The notes beneath the pieces are model-generated. The model was not told the origin of the DNA and made no database searches. It was given only the letters and a program-made list of their open reading frames with translations. DNA of 64,000 bases. It comes from Squalus acanthias. Lineage: Eukaryota. Both the position numbers and the translations under genes were made by a program. Positions 50,721 to 63,187 of the stretch are shown one piece after another (the first letter of the stretch is position 1; the number at the start of each line of letters is the position of its first letter). Where the stretch lies: positions 99,512,001 through 99,576,000 of the forward strand of contig CM059432.1 of assembly GCA_030390025.1 (NCBI GenBank). The letters run 5' to 3'.

Positions 50721-52059
50721 AAGGTGTTAAAAGTCTGAATCCCGACCCCTTCCCGCCTCTAATTCACCCACTTTTGGTTTTACCGGAGGTGGGATGGGGG
50801 CGGGCAGCCGACCCGTTCCCAGGAGGCGGGTCTCCCATTTTAATATTATAATGAGGCTGCCGTGCCTCAGATTTAACCTCCATTTTAAATTTAACTTTAG
50901 CTGTTCAAGTTTTGCAGGCTTCGTGAAACTCGCCAGCTAAAGTAAGGCGAGGCCTGCTGGATCCAGGAGGTAAGTGCCTTTACACTTACCTCCTGGATCC
51001 AGCGTCCCTGCCTAACCCAACCCCCCATGATTCGAGACCCCGACCCCTCCCACGAGGCCTCCGATCCCCCCACGAGGCCAGCCCCCCCCCGCCCCCCAGC
51101 CCCACGATCATGCTGCTCCTGGCCCCCCGTGCTGCTTCTGGTCTTGGTACGGAGTTGAAGTGCGCGCTAGGAACTGCCACCCCGAGGTTGAGTATGGCTC
51201 TGATTGACAAATAAATTGCGTGCTAGTGCTCATTAAAGAGGCTGCTTCAATTAACAACCTCTCCTAACAGCGAGCAGCTGAACAGGAGTAAAGAAGTCAA
51301 TGCTGAGGATTTCTAGGGCTACTCAAAGCCATGCTCAGCTTTCACTGTTCACTTGCTGCTGGAGATAGACTGTGTTTCAACAGGACATTTGAGACACATC
51401 GGGAGACTTTCTGGTACACTGTGTCAAGACTTCACCAGCACTCTAACAACATTTTTCGTGGAAATTCTCTGAGGACACCACCTAAAGAGAGCGAGTGCTG
51501 TGCTACTCTACCTTATAGGAGTCACCAGGAGAAAGGGAGTGCTTGGTCATGAGGATCTTGCTTGGGGTCCCCCTTGGTCTGGAGGAGGAACGGGAGGAGG
51601 ACAAGCAGATCAGCACCTGCTGCTGCAGGAGAGAGGGCAGGGGGCAGGGGGGCAGGGTGGACTCCTTCCCCCACCCCTGCGGGTACAGGGCATCCCTCAT
51701 CCACCAGGAACTCCAGTGCCATGTCCGAGAACCTGTGCGCCCTCTCCCTCAGTCCCTGAACAATCCTGAAACATTCTGTTGTGTGTCAGCCAGCGCAGTC
51801 CACACCTTCAGTCCACTAAAATTGCTTTTAAACAGTGCTTGAGTGCCAAACCTGCAGCTGTCTGTTTTAGCACCTCCAGGCACATTTAAATCATGGTAAT
51901 CATCAATTAGCCCCAAAATTGCAGGCTAAAACCAGACTTTCAAACAAGGGTGTCTTATTGGCACAGCACCCATTTAGCGTCTGTTTTCACCCTTTCACCA
52001 AAGTAACCCCCTTTATTTTCTAGGGAACCTAAGATCTAATGCTAGTTATAGCTTGGCTC

Positions 52060-53180
52060 AGTAGTGTTAGACATGGCTCAGTGGTTGCATTTTCATTTCT
52101 TGAGGTTGTGGCTTCAAGTCCCACTCCAGAGACTTGAGCATAAAATCCAGGCTGACACGCCAGTGCAGTACTGAGGGAGTGCTGTGCTGTCGGAGGTGCC
52201 CTCTTTCAGATGAGACATGAAACCAAAGCCCCGTCTGCCCTCTCATGTTGTAGGAATTATTTACAACTTTCACACCTCCCACGATAGGTGTTAGAGTAGG
52301 GTTCGTAGACCTGAATCCACTTTAACAGAAACACACACATACACTATCTCTCACAGAGATGTTTTATTTAACCATTAACACATGGATTAAATAAGAAACA
52401 CAACTAGACCTGTCCTGGAGTCTTCAAGTGCTCAGTTGGAGAGACCAATGATCACCCGAAGTCCATAGAATTCTTTAGATCTCTTTAGACCAGGACACAT
52501 TTGTCCTCATCGACTGCAGTAAAAAACCTAGGTCTTGTGTCAGTTCTTATATTTCTTGTGTTCCGATTCTTTATGTGACGTTTACGTGTATATCTCCATC
52601 ACTGGCTCATTCAAGCATGGCTTTTCTCCTTGTTGTTCATGATTGGTTCAGAGTTTAGTGAGGTTACTTCATCACGTGTGTCACTTGTTGCAGTTAATGA
52701 GGGTCTTATCTCAAGACAGTGCTGGTCAGTTCCACTGTTCCATAGCAACTACAGACCTGTCCCTGTATGAGTAATGTCTGTTAAAAAATATGTTCCTCCA
52801 CACTTTCTGCTTTCAACTTGCATTCCAAAGCCATCATTAAAAGTTCTGTTTTGTATTAAAGTTCTTCTTGTTGTTGGGGATGTTTAAAATAGATTTCCCT
52901 TCAATCTAGACGTAAAAGATCCCATGGCACTATTTCGAAGAAGAGCGGGGGCGTTCTCCCCGGTGTCCTGGCCAATATTTATCCCTCAACCAACATCACT
53001 AAAACAGATGATCTGGTCATTCACATAGTGCTGTTTGTGGAACCTTGTTGTGTGCAAATTGGCTGCCTTGTTTCCTACACGGCAACAGTGACTAGACTTC
53101 AAAAGTACTTTATTTGCTGTAAATCACATTAGGATTTCCTGAGGTTGTGAAAGGCACCCTATAAATGCAAGCCTTTATTT
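52060..53180 (+). mobile_element. Deu-domain tRNA SINE (SacSINE1/AmnSINE1-like) split by a solo LTR
   Basis: TGGCTCAGTGG A box, TTCAAGTCCC B box, CAGTGCAGTACTGAGGGAGTGCTG...GACGTAAAAGATCCCATGGCACTATTTCGAAGAAGAGC, tail GTTGTGAAAGGCACCCTATAAATGCAAG. Confidence 0.85.
52249..52903 (-). mobile_element. Solo LTR, 655 bp
   Basis: TG...CA termini (TGTAGGAA / TTCCCTTCA); flanks ATGT/ATCT; removal rejoins the SINE; minus-strand AATAAA near 52363. Confidence 0.78.
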
Positions 53181-53831
53181 CTTTACAGCTGAAATAGATG
53201 CATAGCAGTGAGCTTTCCTATAAAAAGAAAATACTGGAAGTACTCAGAGAAAGAGTGCAAGACAGAAAGAGAGAGAGAGATAGAGAGACTTAGGGCTCAA
53301 TTTTAATAACCCTGAGGAGGTGGGTTTGGAGGTGGGTCGGCAGCGAAAATCGGAAAAAATGGCTTCAGTCACCCAACCCACCTCAATCCCGCCCCCATGC
53401 GATTTTCGTGAGTGTCGGGTCAGCCGCTCCCAAACTGACCCGACTGGAACCGGTGGGACAGGTTGTTAAGGCAGTTAGTAGCCTGTTAACTGCCTTGCTA
53501 ATCCTATTTTGATAGTGGTTTCCCATTTTTGTGCTTCTGGCTCCTGTTTCCCATCTTGTCAGAAACAGGCCACCTGCAAGGAGACGAGTTTCTCGAGGAC
53601 ATGATTTGTTGTCATTGGTGCAGCACTTTAAAAGCGCTCCTGTAACATGGCTGACATTCAAATGCAACAACTTTGATGTTGGAGGTTTGGGATAAGATTT
53701 TACAAATCTACTGGCCTTGTGGCTGTTCAAGCTGACACCCATCTGCAGTGTTACCTGATTGGAATAATTTCAGGCCACTTTGAGTGTGCGCTTGCAAGCT
53801 TCTTGCCTCAAGTGAAATTTATAGCAATGGT

Positions 53832-55085
53832 ATGGGGACCATTTATATCCTCTCATCCTGGTCGTCAGATTCGGAGGAAGAGCAGCCGCGGCAGTACCAC
53901 AACCAGCCACAACAGCAGCACCAGCACCAGGAGCGCCAAACTCCTCCTCACCCACCTGATGATGCACAAGGCAGTGGCCATCAGTGCAGGGCTGCACCTC
54001 GCCACAGGAGATACCTCCAACACCGGGTTTACAGGCAGAGGATCAGCTTCCTGAGCATGACTGAACAGCAGTGCCAAAGGAGGCTGAGACTTTCGAGAGA
54101 GGTAGTCGCTGACATCTGCGCAATGCTGCACCAACACCTGGAGCCCAGAGGAGCGGGTGGACACTCCTTACCAGTGGCTGTCAAAGTCACCACCGCACTC
54201 AACTTCTTTGCTTCGAGCTACTTCCAGGGATCAGCTGTAGACATCAGCGGCATCTCCCAGTCGGCCGCACACACTTGAATCACGCAGGCTACCGACGCCC
54301 TCTTTGCAAAGGCACACAATTACATCCACTTCTCCACAGATGGCCCAAATGATACCGCGTGTGCAGTTGGCTTTGCCAATATGGTAGGCTTGCCAATGGT
54401 GCAGGGCGTCATAGACTGCACACATGTAGCCATGAGGGCCCCCTATCACAACCCAGCTGTATTTGTCAACCGCAAGGGATTCCACTCCCTGAATGCCCAG
54501 CTGGTGTGTAACCACAGGAAAATCATCATGCATGTTTGCGCAAAGTACCCTGGCAGTTGCCATGACTCGTTCATCCTGCGCCAGTCTACTGTGCCTCAGC
54601 TCTTCCATCCGCCAACTCAACTTTCTGGATGGCTTCTTGGCGACAAGGGCTATCCCCTGAAAAAGTGGCTTTTGACACCGATGAGGAGGCCATCAAACGA
54701 TGCCGAGGAGCGGTACAATGTGAGTCACATATCCACCAGAAGCATCATCGAGCAAACCATCGGCTTGCTCAAAATGCGCTTCTGATGCCTGGACAGATCT
54801 GGAGGAGCCTTGCAGTATACACCAGCCAGGATGTCCAGAATTGTCGTGGTCTGCTGTGCCCTGCACAGCATCACACAGCAGTGCGGCTTAGTGCTGCCGG
54901 AAGAACAAGTGGCTCAGCACACAGCCTCCTCAGAAGAAGAGGACGAAGAGGAGAATGAGGAGGAGGATGAGGAAGAGGACGAGGAGCAACGCCTTGCGGG
55001 GCCGGATGTGGCCAATCTAGCAGCATGCGACCACATTGCTGGCCGTCAGGCAAGGGATGCACTCATCCATGCCAGATTCGCGTAA
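53832..55085 (+). pseudogene. Harbinger DDE transposase, full length, in-frame stops at about 54276 and 54783
   Basis: Catalytic motifs IDCTH, GDKGY and IEQTIG all present; acidic C-terminal tail. Confidence 0.93.
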
Positions 55086-55274
55086 GCTTACGCTTGAACC
55101 ACAAGTGGCTGGCACATGGAGATGAATATAAGTCTGACACTCTCAAAACCCCAGGCATCATCTGCCCAATAAACGATGGTTTGCGCTCAGTGTCACCACC
55201 ATCATTCTAAATGGAATTCTCCCTGAGCCCTCACTCTTGAACTTCCATTTCCCAGAACACAGAGGTCACACATA

Positions 55275-55498
55275 GGTGATCTCAGCAGATCATTAAACTG
55301 AACCCATGTGCATCTGCACACAAAGCTTGAACTCACCTCCTCAGCAACTTGCAGCCAAGCTGCCTTGGTTTGCTGAGGAGGCCTCCTCCTTCCATTTCCA
55401 GGGGAGAGAACCTCCTGATGTCCTCTAACTCTCTCCACAGGAGCATAGAGGGAGCCCTCATTGAACCTGGGTGCAGCCTTAGTTTTTGTGGCTGCCAT
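55275..55498 (-). pseudogene. Myb/SANT-like gene exon 1 remnant
   Basis: MAATKTKAAPRFNEGSLYA...KAAWLQVAEEVS...TWVQFNDLLRS. Confidence 0.85.
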
Positions 55499-55834
55499 TC
55501 CTGCAGCAGCCAGCACTTTTAACAGAAAAAAGCTAATGCTTCTGCAAAGGGGACATGGCCCCTTTAAATCTTTACTGAAACAACACATCATCAGAGGCGA
55601 GAATCTGACACTGCAAGCAATTGCCTGGAGGGACCCGCACATCGGCCGGAACGAGGCCAATCAAACCTAAAATCTGATCAGCGGGGCGGCAGCAACCAGG
55701 AGCGCCGTCAACCCGCCTCCTTCATTAAAATCGAGCCCATACAGAGAGAGACAGATACAGAAAGGGAGAGAGGCTGACAGTGAGAGAGAACGCGTCAGAG
55801 AGAGATAAAATGTGAGACAGGACTACCAGCAACT

Positions 55835-55885
55835 GAAAAGAGAAACAATAGGTTAACGTTTCAGATAGAGACCATTCGTTAGAAT
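55835..55885 (-). mobile_element. Degenerate hammerhead portion of a short retroposon (5' body probably at about 53225-53250, split by copy C)
   Basis: Minus strand CTAACGAatggtctctatctGAAACgttaacc. Confidence 0.55.
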
Positions 55886-56496
55886 GAGCTGTGTAGCAGC
55901 TCAGGCAAAATTCAGTGCTTTGGTTTCTCAAGTTTCTCATCGTGTTTTGACGTTCCTATCTGAGTCTTTCTACATTCCTATCCACTGTAGATTAAAACAC
56001 CCGCTCATCCATAATCATTTGTACAGTCCTTTGCAGATTTCAAGAAGAATTGCATGCAGTACAAAAAAATATATAAAACAAAGCTTACATGTCACTGGCG
56101 TTATGCTTCAAATGCTAGCCACTCTTTCACAAAAAGGAAAAAAATTCAAATGGAAAGTGTCAAATTCTTTGTGAAGTGATAGTGAAAGTGTGTGGTCAAA
56201 GTGGCTTAGCTAATACATTTTCAATCATCTCCACATCCTCACAGTTCAGATACTCAAATTGTTTTCAAGGACAACCAAACATCTTAGTGGAAATTAATTA
56301 TTATATGGTTTGTGAGTAATACAGCATTCGGACCATTCAAATGAGTGATTGGCAACCTCTTTCAACAGCAGTCAAAGCTCCAGGGTTGTGGTGGTGAGGG
56401 AAATTGGTTTTTGACTTTGACACTGAGTCTGGAGATCAGGGTTTAAAGATTTTTTTCTTGCAATGCACACTGCACAAATCCAGGTTTACAACCACA

Positions 56497-56582
56497 AATA
56501 CTAGAAATACACACAGGTCTGTCAGCATCTGAAAGGGAAAGGAGAAGTCAATGTTTTGGGTGGAGACCCTTAGCCAGAACTG
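56497..56582 (-). mobile_element. Degenerate short hammerhead retroposon copy
   Basis: AAATACTAGAAATACACACAGGTCTGTCAGCATCTG...GTTTTGGGTGGAGACCCTTAGCCAGAACT. Confidence 0.55.
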
Positions 56583-57421
56583 GTATAGCATAGGTAGACA
56601 AGAGAGCCTTTATATAGAACCAAGAATAACAAGAGGGAGGAGAAAAGAACAAGTAACGGTTAAGAGTATAAAAATGCGAACTGGCTTTATAAATAGGCAA
56701 ATAACAGATTTAATAGGCAGAATTTTATAGAGTTTAAAATCCTGCAAAGAAGTGAAAAATGCTACACTTTAGACAAAAATCATCTCTGTCAATCTCTGAA
56801 CAGGGAGTAGAAAAACAAAATGTGAGTAAAACAGCTCATAAATGGAAAGGAATACACTGGATGTGAATCTGCAGAAAAATTAGATGCCATCTAAGATCTG
56901 ATGCTTCTGAAGTCAATGCTTCAAACCAGAGGGCTTTCAGTGTGGACAGGGAGAAAATGGGATATTGGAGTTGATTTCTGGCACTGTGTGCCAGATGAGC
57001 ATTTGCAGAATAGTCAAAGGGGATTGCAGAACTGGGAGCCAGCACTGCGTAGGTTTCCTACTGTGCTACAGTTCAGCGGTCGGCTGCACTTGATGTACTT
57101 GCACCCATTTTATGCCGCAGCCTCATTAGGGTTCCAGATTTCATGCAAAGATATTTAAATGAACACCTCATACAATTCTGAGGGATTTGACCTGGGTTTC
57201 TGCCCTAAGTTCTTACACTTTCCACCTCCCTTTCCTCCTTTAATATACTCCTTAAATCCCACCTCCGAGCACCTTTGGACGTGTTCTTCATTAAAAGCAT
57301 TACATAAATGCAAGTTTCCGTTGCTGTTGTTGATTTTCTTTCAGTGCCCGTTTGAAATGGGAACAAGGGAAGCTCCATGATCAATGGAGCTCTTGAAGGA
57401 GAAGAGGCTTTGGAAGATTTT

Positions 57422-57597
57422 CCCTGAAATTCCACAGGGGTTCTCCCAGTAATCTACTGCAACTTTAGCAGGAGACCGGTAGTAATCCCAGAGAAATGGT
57501 GCCAGTAGTTGAAAACAGCCTTCCTCCGGGGGTTCCTCTGGTCTTCTACTGCAGTTACAGTGGGAAACCAGGAGAAGCTCTGCAGAATTTCAGGGCC
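57422..57597. mobile_element. Small fold-back MITE
   Basis: CCCTGAAATTC / GAATTTCAGGG termini with imperfect long arms. Confidence 0.7.
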
Positions 57598-57789
57598 GTT
57601 GTTTTGTGCATTATTTATAGTCTCTTTTTTTGTACTGTGTTGTTTTTATTAGAGGTGTTTTTCATTTTTCTAAACTTTACCGAAAATATTTTTGTGAAAA
57701 AAAGTTTCGGGAATCTTTCTTCACTCCAAAAGTTAAGTTTGTTTTTAAAGTGCCCCAAATGCAGTATTTCAAGGTTGAGGCGGTACAAG

Positions 57790-58460
57790 ATGAAAGATGA
57801 CATTCCAGAGAGGCTAGCATGTTTCAGACCATACTTGCAAACCTTGACATATTTACCTGACAGTGAATACAGACAACTGCCTCAGTTTGTTGTCATCTGC
57901 AGCAACACCTACAGCCAAATTGCAACATAGGGATGGCACTGCCAGTGGTTGGCACTATCACCACTGCCCTCAACTGCTATGCCTGTAGTTCATTCCTAGC
58001 TACCACTATTTGCTAATGTGCTGCTCGCACATGAATCAAACAGGTGACAGGCGCATTGGTCAGCAAGATCAGTGCCTTCATCTTCTTTCCCACTGAATAG
58101 CTTGAGACAACTGCCGAAGCAGAAGGGGTTGCTGATGGTTGCCATATGTTCAAACTGAGTGCCCTGGGTGTTTTCAATTCTTGGATAAATCTGGTGGAGC
58201 CGTGCAATGCAGCCCAGTGAGTATGTCCAGAATCCCTGGAACATGCTGCATACTACATAACATCATGAGGAAGAAAGGCTTGTTGTTTGTGCAAGCTGAA
58301 GACGATAATGATGAAGAAGAGGGAGTGGATGGCCCTCACTCCCCACAGCAGGGGGAGGGCACACAGGAAGGATTAGATGTGGGATATAACAGCCAGCATC
58401 CCCAAAGAAAAGAGAATGCAGCATATAGCCTGGTGCTTTCGATAAGTAAAGGTTGACTCA
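57790..58460 (+). pseudogene. Old, heavily decayed Harbinger transposase
   Basis: FRPYLQTLTYLPDSEY, LDKSGGAVQCSPVSMSRI..CCILHNI, acidic tail. Confidence 0.65.
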
Positions 58461-59335
58461 TTATATAAAAAAACTGCTTGTTCTCCTCACAAAGGCTCAC
58501 TGTCAAAGAATTCTGCCAAATTGCTTCAAGGAAGAAATCTACATTTCCCCAGCCATCATAAAGCTCCCAAAAGCTGAAAGCATATACAGAAATGATTGAT
58601 GTGCACGAGCCTTGTTTAATATACAAAGTAACATTCACCAAAAATTGCCAAAAATTCCACTTGTGCCATTTCTTAACACTGTATCTAACCTATGTGCCAG
58701 CTAGTAAATTGCTCGGGCTCCTATTTTACTTTTACGAGGTGCCCCCTGAATGAGACGAGGTTGAGTGGTGAGCAGCTGAGATGATTCTCCAAGAAGGCCG
58801 CAATTTTGCCAGCACTCAGAGGGTGGGTTTGGAGGTGGGTCCCGAGTTAAAATCAAAATGATTGATGGCGGGTTGTTAACCCACTGCGAACCCGCCTCCA
58901 CGCAACTTTACAATGTGTCGAGTCTGCGAGTTCCGATCAGACCTGACACCAAGCGGTGGGAGAGCCACTTAAGGCAGTTAACAGCTTGTTAACTGCCTGG
59001 ATAATCCTATTTTATGAGGCTCTTCCCATTTTGCAACATTTTCAACGTGTTGCACGTCGTGCGACAAACACACCAGCTGATTGTGCCGGGTTCAGCAACT
59101 ACCTGAATTCTTGACAGCTGCTCCTGCAGTATAAAAGCAGACCTGGAACATGGCTGACTTTCAGATGCCAGAACTTTGTGTTTTGAGGTTTTGGAACACA
59201 TTTTGCAGGTCTATTGAGCTTGTAAGTGTTTAAGCTGAGATTCATATACACTGTGATCTCCTTGGAATACCCTGTCCCCATATTGACTGAGTGCTTGTAA
59301 CATCTATTCCTCAACTGACATATATACCAGCAGAA

Positions 59336-59435
59336 ATAACAACAGAAAACGCTGGAAAAACTCAGCAGGCCAGGCAGCATCCGTGGAGAGAGAAAGAGAG
59401 TTAACGTTTCAGGTCGATGACCTTTCGTCAGAACT
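59336..59435 (-). mobile_element. About 100-bp non-autonomous hammerhead retroposon
   Basis: TSD (T)ATATACCAGCAGAA on both sides; the empty site is visible in copy A at 36136-36150. Confidence 0.92.
59399..59435 (-). ncRNA. Minimal type-I hammerhead ribozyme
   Basis: Minus strand AGUU CUGACGA A AGGUC-auc-GACCU GAAA CG UU AACU; intact core, palindromic AACGUU stem III. Confidence 0.85.
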
Positions 59436-59448
59436 ATATACCAGCAGA

Positions 59449-60675
59449 ATGGGAACCATTTATACCCTCTCATCCTAGTCCTCAGAGTCAGAGGAAGAGC
59501 AGCCTGGGCAGTAGCAGAACCAGGCACAACAGCAGCAGCAACAATAGGAGCGCCAACCTTCTCCTCACCCACCTGATGCTGCACAGGGCAGAAGGCGTCA
59601 GCGCAGGGCTGCACCTCAACGCAGGAGATTCCCCCAACACCGGGTTTACAGGCAGAGGATGAGCTTCCTCAACATGACTGAGCAGCAGTGCCAAAGGAGG
59701 CTGAGACTTTCACGAGAGGTAGTCGCTGACATCTGTGCAATGTTGCACCAACACCTGCAGCCCAGAGGAGCAGGTGGACACTCCTTACCAGTGGCTGTCA
59801 AAGTCATCACCGCACTGAACTTCTTTGCTTCAGGGTCCTTCCAGGGATCAGCAGCAGACATCAGCGGCATCTCCCAGTCAGCCGCACACAGTTGCATCAC
59901 GCAGGTTACCGATGCCCTCTTTGCAAAGTCGCACAATTACATCCACTTCTCCACGGATGAAGCAAGTATTACCGCGCATGCGGTTGGCTTTGCAAATATG
60001 GCAGGCTTGCCAAGGGTGCAGGGCATCATAGACTGCACACATGTGGCCATTAGGGCACCCCATCACAACCCAGCTGTATTTGTGAACCGCAAGGGCTTCC
60101 ACTCCCTTAACATCCAGCTGGTGTGTAACCACAGGAAGAACATTATGCATGTTTGCGCCAAGTTCCCTGGCAGTTGCCATGACTCATTCATCCTGCGGCA
60201 GTCTACTGTGCCTCAGCTGTTCAATCTGCCCTTGCAACTTTCTGGATGGCTGCTTGGAGACAAGGGCTATCCCCTGAAGACATGGCTAATGACACCGATG
60301 AGGAGGCCATCAAACGAAGCTGAGGAGCGCTACAATGAGAGCCACATTTCCACCAGAAGCATCATAGAGCAAACCATCGGCTTGCTTAAAATGCGATTCA
60401 GATGCCTCGACAGATCTGTTGGAGCCCTACAGTAAGCACCAGCCAGGGTCTCCAGAATCATCGTGGTCTGCTGTGCCCTGCACAACATCGCACAGCAGCG
60501 TGGCTTACCGCTGCCTGAGGAACAAGTTGCTCAGCGCACAGCCTCCTCAGAAGAGGAGGAGGAGGAGGCAGATTAGGAAGACCATGCAGAGGCGCATGTG
60601 CCAGTTCTACCAGCACACGAGCACATTGCTGGCCATGAGGCAAGGGATGCACCAATCCAGACCTGATTCGTGTAA
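59449..60675 (+). pseudogene. Harbinger DDE transposase (258-aa intact catalytic core at 59659-60435, stops on either side)
   Basis: [22 protein letters not shown]. Confidence 0.93.
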
Positions 60676-60948
60676 CTTTACGCAGCAAACACATGTGGCT
60701 GGCAAATGGAAATGAGTGTCTGCCGACCTTCTTAACACACCATACAGCATCTGTACAATAAACTGTGGGTTCCTATCACTCTCACCACCATCATTACAGA
60801 TGAAAGGCATCTGGACCCCTCACTATTCAACTTCCATTTCTGACCACACATAGGCCAACTCTTTGAATTTGTGACATCGCATTTCTTTAATACAATTGAA
60901 ACAACGATGAGAAACGTAACTTTGTATTAGATCAAAACACCCAAGTGA

Positions 60949-62830
60949 CTACCCTTGTGACCATTTGTGTGTTAACTTTCTCTTACGCGTGCTTCTACAT
61001 GGTGCTTCCCCAGTGGCTTCAGCAGATGTAGAGGCACCTTGCTAACTTTTATACTGCACCTGCTTCGATGCCTTTGGCAGGTGTCCTCTGGGATTGGCAG
61101 CTGTGCAGGGGCTGAGATGGGTGAGGAATATGGGGCTCTGACCGAGGGCTCTGCTGTGGCATGGGAGTGTGAGCGCTAGGAGAGGAGCCCACACTTTCTT
61201 GTTGTCGACCACCAAAATCCCTCTCATGGGTCACCCACACTTCACTGCTAGCAAGTAGCTGGAGCTGCACATCAGTGGGGCCATGAGGACCCGTCTCTGT
61301 ACTGACAGGCCTCATAACGGGGACGTCCATGTACCTCTGGTGTCTCTCCTCAATAGATGCCCATCTCTCCTCCATAGCAGACCATCTATTTAGAAGAGTC
61401 ACCATGTTCATTTGAGTCTGGCGAGTTATTTCCTCCATGCAGGTTGCCATCCTTTCCATGGCGGCACCTATATTCGCCATTGCGTGCACCACGGCATTGC
61501 TCATGTTTGAGATGGACTCCTCCATTCTCTGCACACTTGTAGTTACCATAGATGCACGAGTCGGAGAATCCTGCACTTGTTGCTGAAGTTCCAGCACTGC
61601 CCTCTTTCTGGATGGCCCCAGAGGCAAAGGGTCCACATGCAGCTGAGCAGAGCTAGGAGTGCCCTGCGGCCTCCAATGAGGACTCTCCACTGCTGTCCCC
61701 ATCTCCACCATCTGCTGATGCTCACTTGTGAGCTGTGATACACCAGGTGACAACACTAATCCATCTCACGAATGACCCACCGAGGTGTGCGTCTTTGCGC
61801 TGGTACTGGGTGCGCTCATTTCTGCTGATGCTGCGCCTTCAGAGGCTGCAGGTTCCTCTGAGTCTTCCAGCTCTTCCTCCTGGACAGTGGGGAGGGGGGC
61901 TCTCGATGGTCCTGTGGGGGAGTAAAGGCATGAGTTAGACATCTGATATTAACGTAGCAGACGCATCCCATTGTGCAGATGATCAGAACTCAATCTGCAT
62001 GAACATCAGATGCCATATCAGTCACTCATGCAATCTAAATGAGAGGGTTACAAATCTATTCTGTCACCAGCTTGCTCTACTGAGCCCATCTGACCGTCCC
62101 CCACTTCCAGCTCCTCCGCACCTCTGACGATCTCGATAGCTGCCTCCTCAGCGGTGGTTAATTGCGCCATGGAAGGTGGCCCTCCTCCTGTCCTGCCCTC
62201 TCCCTCTTATTGTGGGCTCTCTTTTCCTGCAATGAGGGAGACAAGTGGAGTTTGAGCGAGAATGTTGGACTGAGTTTTGAGAATCCATAGCATAAATGCT
62301 TAGAGGGAGATAAAGATGGAGTGAGGTGCCAATACCAAGGGCCCTCCCTGTGCGTTGTCAGTTGTTGTCATTGCATAACAGTGATAGCGAGTGTGAGGGG
62401 TGCATAGTAGAATGGTGGAGTGATTCTGTACATAGAGAGAGAGGGATGGCTAAGGGTGCAAGGAATGTAAGGGTAAGTTGGGATGTGCAGGAGTAGGTTG
62501 ACAATGCAGAATGCTGGTGATGAAAGGAGATGGGGAGCAGATTGAAGGTAAGTGTGATGTTATACTCACTTTTGCTGAGTGTAGCAGATCATTGAACCTT
62601 TTGTGGCACTGAACCCAGGTGCAACCACACAAAGACCTGGCGCTCACCTCCTCAGCAATTTGTAGCCAGGCTGCCTTGGTTTGCTGAGGAGGCTTCCTAC
62701 ATCCATTGGAGGGAAACAGAACGTCCTTGCGCCCTCTCACTCCCTCCACAAGAGCCTGGAGGGAGTTCATCATCAAATCGGGGAGAAGCCTTGGCTCTTG
62801 AAGCAGTCAGCTCGCTATCAGGAATACTGA
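60949..62830 (-). pseudogene. Three-exon Myb/SANT-like accessory gene; exons about 62830-62570, 62226-62068, 61911-60949
   Basis: KAAWLQIAEEVSARSLCGCTWVQCHKRFNDLLHSAK|GTGAGT; splice sites identical to copy A; coiled-coil-like SVQRMEESISNMSNAVVH; basic C-terminus. Confidence 0.88.
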
Positions 62831-63187
62831 GAAGCAGCAGAATTTGAATGAAATACCAAAACTGCATGGGCCCCTTAAATGCAGATGAATCGAAGATGTC
62901 AGCAGAGGCGAGCAGCAGACCCGAACCCACTGATTGGGCCGGGTAACGCGCACAGCGGGCTTAATAAACCCAGTTAAGTCAAAATTGTTATTTCAGCGTG
63001 GCTGAAACCGGCAGCAGGACCAGAACACACCTAGCAGCCAACCCGATGCGAACCCGCCTTCGATGGCAAAATCGCGGCCTAAAGACCCAAGCTGATTCTT
63101 ATTTTAGGGAAGCTAGTGTCCCTGAGGGACCAGCTTCCAGTAGCCTTACAGTTGCAGTTGAAAGGGTTTTCCAAGCCTATATCTGAA

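Larger units (their letters stand above)
53293..55738 (+). mobile_element. Harbinger transposon copy C (Myb gene exons 2-3 deleted)
   Basis: 15-bp TIR GGGCTCRATTTTAAT; flanks TTA/ATA; inserted in a GA-rich tract. Confidence 0.93.
58796..63079 (+). mobile_element. Full-length PIF/Harbinger transposon, copy B (4.28 kb)
   Basis: TIRs GGCCGCAATTTTGCCA / TGGCAAAATCGCGGCC; flanks GAA/TAA; colinear with copy A. Confidence 0.95.

Noticed and set aside
51320..52012. Possible further Harbinger 5' remnant on the minus strand
   Set aside because: Too decayed to define TIRs or motifs confidently
53832..55085. Domesticated HARBI1 or NAIF1 host genes
   Set aside because: Flanked by TIRs and TSD, multi-copy, with premature stops
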